A stretch of DNA of 64,000 bases from Selaginella moellendorffii (lineage: Eukaryota > Plantae > Lycopodiophyta). This document shows, piece by piece, positions 56,817-64,000 of the stretch (its first letter is position 1; each line of letters begins with the position of its first letter). The DNA lies in contig NW_003314262.1 in assembly GCF_000143415.4 (NCBI RefSeq), positions 4,378,349 through 4,442,348 on the forward strand, given 5' to 3'. The notes under the pieces are model-generated. The model saw nothing but the letters and a program-made list of their open reading frames with translations, did no database searches and was not told the DNA's origin. A program made the position numbers and the translations under genes.

Positions 56817-57108
56817 GGCGGAAAGGAATGGAAGATCTCCTAGGAGCAGCAGCAATGAATGTAGAAGCCTTGATGTGGTGCTTAAAAGCAATGGCAGTGT
56901 CTCCCATTCCATTCCTTGGTGTTCAAGCTTGTCTCCCATGACTTTGGAGTAAACTTCACGGATTTGATTTGAAACTTCGCGCCAACTTTTCTAGGGCTTC
57001 ACAGCAGGAATATTTCTAACGAGGCTTTGTTGGGTTTTCCAAGGAAACAGATACACGACGAAAGTTTCCCTTTTGCGATTCGGCCTTTCGTCTTTTAGGT
57101 GATCCGCC

Positions 57109-58165
57109 ACGGTAGGGGAAGAGTCTCACGGAGGAGGTTCTCTGGAGATCACTCCAACATGGGCATTTGCGCTGCCACTTTTATTTTGGTCTCATTGCTG
57201 CTGAAGCGAGCGATTCACTACGCTGACAAGAGCTTTGATCGAGGATTGATCGAAATTGGAAGTGGGTACGCAAGCGTCCGGAGAAAGTTCTCGATAAAGT
57301 AAAAGAATTATTGATTCTCCCGAGACTCAGAGCATGCTTTTGGGATTTCTTTCTCTCCTGCTAAATGTGCTGCATCCGTCCATAGCCAAAATCTGTGTCT
57401 CACGCAGCTACATCAACCATTTGCCTCCCTGCAAGATCAATGCGAATGAGGTGCAATTGCTCGGAGAGAGCCCCAAGAGCAGCTCATTGCCGCCACACTC
57501 AAGGAGGCTAGTATTCCTCAATGTAGACAAAGATCATCCACGAAGAGTTCTGGCCAGCGGGAGAAACACAGTATAGCAGTGCTTCCAAAACGTATATTAC
57601 ATTCAAACAATCACCATTGTCTCATTGCTAGATCCCATTCATCTCGGCTGAAGGTGTTCATGAGCTCCACATTTTCATCTTTGTGCTTGCCATTGGTCAT
57701 GTCGCCTACAATTGCTTTACATTACTATTAGCCAGCCTCCAGGTCTTAAAAATGATCTAAGATTATATCAACAATATTTCATAAGAGGGCACAGGCTCTG
57801 CCTGGTAATCTTTTCCATAATTAAAATAATATTATTTATTCGTGTGCAGGTGGAAAAATAGAGCACATTTTTGAGGAAGTATACCAACTCAATTTGGAAC
57901 ACGTCTCATACTCTCGGCTGGATCGTAAATCAAAGCTTAAGTTCAATACTTAAAAATACTTAACCTGACCTTATGATGTTCCAGGCTTGTTTCTTTGGGC
58001 AATTTGGTAGCGTGACATTCACAGAATACAATACTCTCTGTCAAAAATAAGAAAAACTTGTTTCACACATGCACTTTCTTTCTTCTTGGTAGAATCACAC
58101 ATTTGACTTTCAGAAGTATGTACTTATGTTCTTGAAGACAATTTCAAAATGGTTGTGAGGGTGAA
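57109..58165 (+). pseudogene. MLO pseudogene (copy of the gene at 63010)
   Basis: SLEITPTWAF, MLLGFLSLLL and HELHIFIFVLA segments; ATG is ACG, splice sites lost, in-frame stops. Confidence 0.85.
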
Positions 58166-58404
58166 TATTATGGTTGGTAATCAATTATATGATAATATTA
58201 TCATTATGACAGCCATAGACAATCCAAACAGCGAGGAGCTCAATTATATGATGGTGCTCAAGCCATTGGAGTTTGGCCCACCATGCTTCTTGAGCCATTG
58301 AAGTTTGGCCAATCAAATATCAAAAACAATGGTAAACTAACACATAAACCATGTTACAAACCATTATTTCAAACTAGAATACTCACAAAACCATAAAAAT
58401 TGTA

Positions 58405-59060
58405 TTCCATTTCGCATCATCGCCAACGCAGCACTTGTCACCCTAATCCAGCACTTGTCACCCCAACCCAACCCTCTTCTTGCCTCCCAACAATAAGTGA
58501 GCCCAGAGACCAAAGCTTCCTCACCATTCTCGCCATCCATTGCAAGGGCGAAGTCCATGCCATTCATGATGGACACCGGTGCAACAATCCCCCACTAAGC
58601 CCATGCTAGCAAACACAACCACTGGTCTACTTGTCATCTTACCACAGTGACTCAGTAGGGCCTAGGGCACACGCCACCTGGATCTTGCGTACGGATATGC
58701 CGACTCAGCCCAACACGCCCCTGCTTGCCCAGTCACATCATCTGGCGAGCATTCAGAGCCCTGCATGATCACCTTGGTGGTGAGGATCGAGCCTGATATT
58801 GATGATGTCTGGCAGGGAGGAGTTGGATCAGATTGGAGATGTGGCAACCAGGCCCACGAAACTCCATTGTGAGCTGTGTCAGCGCTTGCTCTACTGGATC
58901 GATTTAGCAGCTGTGATGGGGAGCCTGCTAACAATTAGGCTCGCATTTAGCAAGGGACTTGGTGACCACACAGAGCTTAGATTGTTTTGACTGGGGATTG
59001 TCAATGGGGGTGAGGATTCCATGCTGGCAATTGGAACGTTCCAACAGCAAGACCACATTT
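58405..59060 (+). pseudogene. Inverted decayed copy of the aspartic-protease-like gene
   Basis: LPTISEPRDQSFLTILAIH and GIVNGGEDS-LAIGTFQQQDH remnants; internal segment ~58650-58695 is re-inverted. Confidence 0.82.
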
Positions 59061-59614
59061 ATAGCGGCCCTCGTGCTGACATGGCTCAAAAGTTCAATGT
59101 GGAAGGGGACAGGTTGTTAGCGAGGATCAGCTGGCGTGTTCTTGAAGTATCAGGGGGATAGATTAAAGGGGAAGGGGATTTTGGAGTTAGCGTGAGGCTA
59201 GGAGATCAATACAAGGTGGGAACCGTTATAGTGTCATTGGGTTAATAAATCACTAGTATATACATGTTTTATCTAGGGTCACTAATGACCCTCTCTCCCT
59301 TGAGCTCATGCTCCCTAAATTCCTTTGAATGCAGAAACATCATTAGAGGCTGGGCAATTGTGTTGTTACAAAGGAGGAATTAAGCACGCAATAAGAGTAT
59401 AGCAGCTGTAGAAGTAGGTGTCCATTTTCCACCTATGGTTGTTCACACCTACACACCACTACATGGTGGGAAGTGGTTGTAGATGTGGGAAGATTCACTA
59501 TGTAGATATTGTATTTTTCATTGCCCTTTGAGTGACCGGAAATATATTTAAAATAATTTTAGGATATTTATCATTTAATGGTTGTTATTTATTTAGATTG
59601 ATCTTGTATTTATA

Positions 59615-59821
59615 ATTTATAAACTTATTTATAATTTTTTAAAAACCTTTTCTAGTATATTCTTTTTTATTCTACCATCTAATGGTTGATATGCAATAAG
59701 ATTAATCTTGTGTTTATAAATTAGAAACATATTTATAGTTATAAATTTTATTTGATCAATTGGATTAATAAGTAGGAATAACACTATTATTAAGCAAACC
59801 AAACATTGTTACATGCAACAT
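59615..59821 (-). repeat. Inverted copy of the AT-rich repeat at 36568-36770
   Basis: Reverse-complement match over ~200 bp. Confidence 0.8.
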
Positions 59822-60725
59822 TAGACCATCATTCATAAGGTTGATTGAGTTGTCAATTGACTAGCTTTGTCTGAAGCTAGTTGAACATTGATGTATGAGA
59901 TAACCCTCTTCCAAGTAGGAAGCTTGAAGGGTTAGAGCCCTATAAAACATCTCCTTGTATGTAGTTCAATTCTAGTAAATTGATATTGAAATTCCTCAAA
60001 CTTGTCCCTCTAAAGTATAAAGTGCAATTATAGAGATCTTGTATTAGGAGATCTCTTAACTTCTCTTACAAGCTCTCAATTCTTCTAAATGCCCTTAAAT
60101 GCCTTAGCCCTGTAGAGAGGAATATTTTAGGAACTAACATATTTTAAGTGTTCCATGTCGCAAAAGATGACTATGATGGGATTGAGTAAACTCTCCAGTG
60201 TAAAAAGAACTTATAACAAAGCTATAAAAGTCATGCTAAAATGCTACACCAAATGAGGGAAATGTGAAATGAAGAAGAAAACCAAAGAGACTAAAGGAAA
60301 AACCTAGTGGGATAAATCCTAAAGGCAAATTAAACACTTAGTGAAAGTAGAGAAAAAATAGAAAAAAAAGAGGAAAGCAAAGTTGAAAAGATAGAGAAGA
60401 AAAATAAAATAAAAAAGCAAAGAGGCAGGGAGATTAAGGATAACAAAAATTAAATTTAGATTATGGCTACATAGTCTTCAAACCTATGTGAAATTCCTTG
60501 AATAAGCTTTGAAGTTGCCTTTAAAAGTTTCAAGAGTGGATAGTGACAACAGGATGTATTACTTAGTGGTGGTAAATGCTAAAGTGAAGAAGATAATGAA
60601 TGTGTGAAGGAATAAATAAAGGCAAAAGTGTGAGAAAGAATAATTATAATAATGAAAAGGTGAAAGTTAATAATGGCAATTTGAACTTGAAAGTTGTAGC
60701 TATTATAAACAATTCAAAATGTTAG

Positions 60726-61842
60726 TGTAGTGCATGTGATCATGGGATGAGATTTAGATATACTGTCACCATGAATCCTTGGAACCTTAGGGGATAAATG
60801 GGGATAAAATAGCCACTAAGGGCTCTTTCATTAAGCAATTTCCCCTTTTTCAGTTGGTTTAAGGGGAGAGAGATAAGATGTGTTATAGTTGGTATCGGAG
60901 CAAATGGCACAAGTTCAATTCCTATTGATTAGTGGCTACTTAAAAAAATATAATATACCCTTGAGCAAGGTATATTCCTACCCCTAAATTTAAAATCATA
61001 CATATTGGGCATCCATGCATATGTCCTTCCTCTTATGTGGAGTATCCACGGATGAAGGTAGCCACCATGGGACTGCGGTACGGGTGGATGACTAGTTGCC
61101 TCATATGGAATAACTGGTAGATTCAATGCGGAAATGGAAGTGTTGGTTCCCCTTGGCTCCTCAGATTTAATGCGGAAATGGACTCCTCAGTAGGGGTTGT
61201 TAGTCAATAATCAATGAGGACATTGATATCTCTGAAGGGGGGGGGGGGTGAGTGTAGTTCCTTTTGTGTGGAGTATCCACGGACGAAAGTAGCCACCGTG
61301 GGACTGCGGTACAAGTGGATGACTAGTTGCCTCACATGGAATAGCTAGTAGATTCAATGCAGAAATGGACTCCTCAGTAGGGGTTGTTAGTCAATAATCA
61401 ATGAGGACATTGATATCTCTGAAGGGGGGGGGGGGGTGAGTGTAGCGCATGTGATCATGGGATGAGATTTGGATATACTATCACCGTAGATCTTTGGAAC
61501 CTTGAGGGATCAAATAAGATAAAATAGCTAAAGGCTCTCTCATCAAGTAATTGCCCCTTTTCCAGTTGGCTTAAGGGGATAGAGATAAGGTGCGCTACAG
61601 TATCCTATCCCTTTGCTCCTTGGGCTATATACTCAGGAGTTGCTCCATGAGGACATTGACATCTTTGAAGCGGGGATGAGTGTAGCATATGTGATCATGG
61701 GATGAGATTTGGATATATTATCACTATGGATCTTTGGAACTTTGGGGGATAAATAGGGATAAAATAGCCATTAAGGGCTCTTTCATCAAGCAATTGCCCT
61801 TTTTCCAGTTGGTTTAAGGGGAGAAAGATAAAGTGCGCTACA
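60726..61842 (+). mobile_element. TRIM-like LTR element with three ~160-bp LTRs and internal duplications
   Basis: LTRs at 60726-60887, 61441-61599 and 61681-61842 (TGTAGCGCA...TGCGCTACA ends); PBS TGGTATCGGAGC at 60890-60901; poly-G PPTs; internal block duplicated at ~61035 and ~61266. Confidence 0.85.
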
Positions 61843-63009
61843 ATATCATGTCCCTTTGCTCCTTGGGTTGTATGCTCGAGAGTTGCTCTATGGTCCGGTT
61901 CTATCACTCGTTGGCTCCAACCTTAAGGGTTTGACACCGTTCTTTTGTTCAGTGGCCCAAGGCCCTGAACTTTGGGTTCCACACCACTGTCTTATGGACA
62001 CGTGATATGTCACACGTGGTATATAACACGTGGCATATGGAGGGTTTAGGTTTTGCTTCGTAGTGTTATCCTATGGTAAATCATCATAGGATAAAGGGTA
62101 AAAACCACATGCACTACAATTGAAAACTTCATTTAATTGTGCATTTATCCACAGATGCTTGGAGCAAGAGAATGTGTTAGCAATTAATAGCTTGCTTAAG
62201 AAAGTGGCTTGGGCATATGCTAAATTATGTTGGCACCACTCCAAAAGTTTTAATATGTCACAATGATGTAAAGTTTCAATTATATCTTTTAAATTACATG
62301 TCAGATTTAAATAATCTCTACTGTTGTTAAAAAGTATTTATCCAGTGCAAGTATTTGTTGCAAAGAATGGCAATGGTGTGTAGAGAAAATAGTGAGGGAT
62401 CTAGTAATGTGATAGTGATGAAAATGATTGTCGCAAATGTAACTATAGGTATTGAAAATTACCTATTAACAAATTATTTCAGATATTATTATCTTACTAT
62501 CATGAATTCAAGCTAGTTTGAAAACCAGTCAATAGACCAGAAAAGCATTAAAAAAGGAAATCTTAAACTATCATTTAGTCATGAAGATTTGTGATCATTG
62601 CCGAGGAGTGGCATCAATGAATGTAAAAGCCACGATGTTAAGACTTAAAAGCGCTGGTGTCTTCCGTTCCATTTCTTTGGTTTTTAAGCTTGATTTTGGA
62701 ATTTGATTGCACCAAAATTTCTAGGGCTACAGTTCACTTAGATCGTGGCATAACGTAGAGAGAATTAAGAGCAGAGGGATTGGATCATGAAGAATTTCTA
62801 GCAAGGCTTTATCTCCTGCCAAATCCGTGTTGAATGGTTCGTGGATTCTAGGTGACTTTCCATGGAAACAGTGATTAATGTTCTCATGCACGACGAAAGT
62901 TTCTCCTTTGGCGATTGATGTGATCTCTTCTCTCTCTCTCTTTTTAAAAATTTGTTTTAGAGCATGTTGACGCTATTAAAATGGACATTCGTCTTTTGGG
63001 CGATCGGCC

Positions 63010-64000
63010 ATGGCCGGGGAAGAGTCTCACAGCAGCTTGCAAGGCGGTTCTCTGGAGATCACTCCAACATGGGCATTTGCGCTGGTTTGTGGCGCTTTTA
63101 TTCTCGTGTCATTGCTGCTGGAGCGAGCGATTCACTACACTGGCAAGGTATACATCCAGACGAACTTTGATCGAGGATTGATTGCAATTGGAGTGATTGA
63201 CAGTGGGTACGCAAGCGTCCGGAGAAATCTCTAGACAAAGCTCTTGACAAAGTCAAAGAAGGTTGCGCCAAGTCTATGAATTTTCCCGAGAACTTATCTC
63301 TTCATCTCTCTTGCCTCAGAGCTCATGCTTTTGGGATTTCTTTCTCTTCTGCTAAACGTGCTGCAGCCGTCCATAGCCAAAATCTGTGTGCCACGCAGCT
63401 ACATCAACCATTTTCTTCCCTGTAAGATCAACGCGACTGCGGTGCAATTGCTCGGTGAGAGCCCCAAGAGCAGCCCATCCCCGCCGCACTCAAGGAGGCT
63501 ACTTTTTGTCAATGTAGACGAAGATCACCCGCGAAGATTTCTTGCAGGCGGGGGCAACACAGTCTCGGAGTGCTTCCAAAAGGTTAATTATCAAATTATA
63601 CTATATGGCTATCCAAAAAAAATGTTGCTATTGTTGTTCACCAGGGAAAGATCCCATTCATCTCAGCCGAAAGCATCCATGAGCTCCACATTTTCATCTT
63701 TGTGCTTGCAATTGGCCATGTCGTCTACAGTTGCTTCACATTACTATTAGCCAGGCTCCAGGTTTGAAAGGGTATTTAGATTATCAAGCTCCTAAAAATG
63801 TGGTTTGACATTTTACCCAGGTTCATGCATGGAATGCCTGGGAGAAGAGGGCACAGGCTCTGGTTTGCGAGGATCCACCAGGTATTCTTCGTTTAATATT
63901 ATTAACAGAATTCTTATATTCTTATAAAAATTATTATTACTATTCGTGTTTGACAATGCAGGTGTGGCCTCAAATAGTGGCCTGAAAAGACAGAACACAT
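63010..64000 (+). CDS. MLO: MLO-family seven-TM protein, 5' part (continues beyond the window)
   Basis: SLEITPTWAFALVC, ALDKVKEELMLLGFLSLLL, IAKICVP, RRFL, HELHIFIFVLA exons with GT-AG introns. Confidence 0.9.

Noticed and set aside
58250-58312. Two ~20-bp direct repeats (agccattg-agtttggcc)
   Set aside because: Only two copies, with no array or terminal structure
59865-60140. Possible solo LTR (similar candidates near 36265-36475 and 37560-37740)
   Set aside because: TATA and TG/CA-like ends are present, but no TSD or partner copy could be confirmed
60726-61842. Cassandra (5S-bearing) identity for the TRIM
   Set aside because: No 5S rRNA A/C-box similarity seen in the LTRs
1-64000. CRISPR arrays, operons or prokaryotic defence systems
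   Set aside because: The sequence is intron-containing plant nuclear DNA and no repeat-spacer array is present

Overview
Eukaryotic plant nuclear DNA: gene-dense, GT-AG introns mostly 45-65 nt, intergenic gaps often under 200 bp, AT-rich transposon islands. These traits fit the lycophyte Selaginella (inference, not verified). About 20 apparently intact protein genes: ERD6-like sugar transporter, CrRLK1L kinase, DUF1635 protein, 2OG-Fe(II) dioxygenase, a very divergent AUX1/LAX-like permease, COMT-like O-methyltransferase, PORR protein, an orphan secreted protein, CRINKLY4-like kinase, GH36 seed-imbibition alpha-galactosidase, PLS-E PPR, three intact 71-clan P450s, BAHD acyltransferase, divergent BTB/NPH3-like protein, germin-like protein, nuclear-encoded organellar S12, a small membrane protein, an aspartic-protease-like protein and a partial MLO. 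There is also one tRNA-Ile(UAU), many tandem pseudogene twins, and TRIM/LTR, LINE, MITE and Helitron remnants. Main leads: (1) a candidate specialised-metabolite gene cluster, made of a P450 array diversifying at substrate-recognition sites and abutting a BAHD, with a relic 2OGD inside it, plus a tight 2OGD / AUX1-LAX-like / OMT trio about 14 kb upstream; (2) a mitochondrial-type S12 with a plastid-like transit peptide and two in-frame splice donors; (3) an AUX1/LAX homologue with a remodelled substrate pocket; (4) an orphan secreted gene directly downstream of an intact TRIM LTR. Exon boundaries were read by eye and family assignments come from recalled motifs; no database searches were run.
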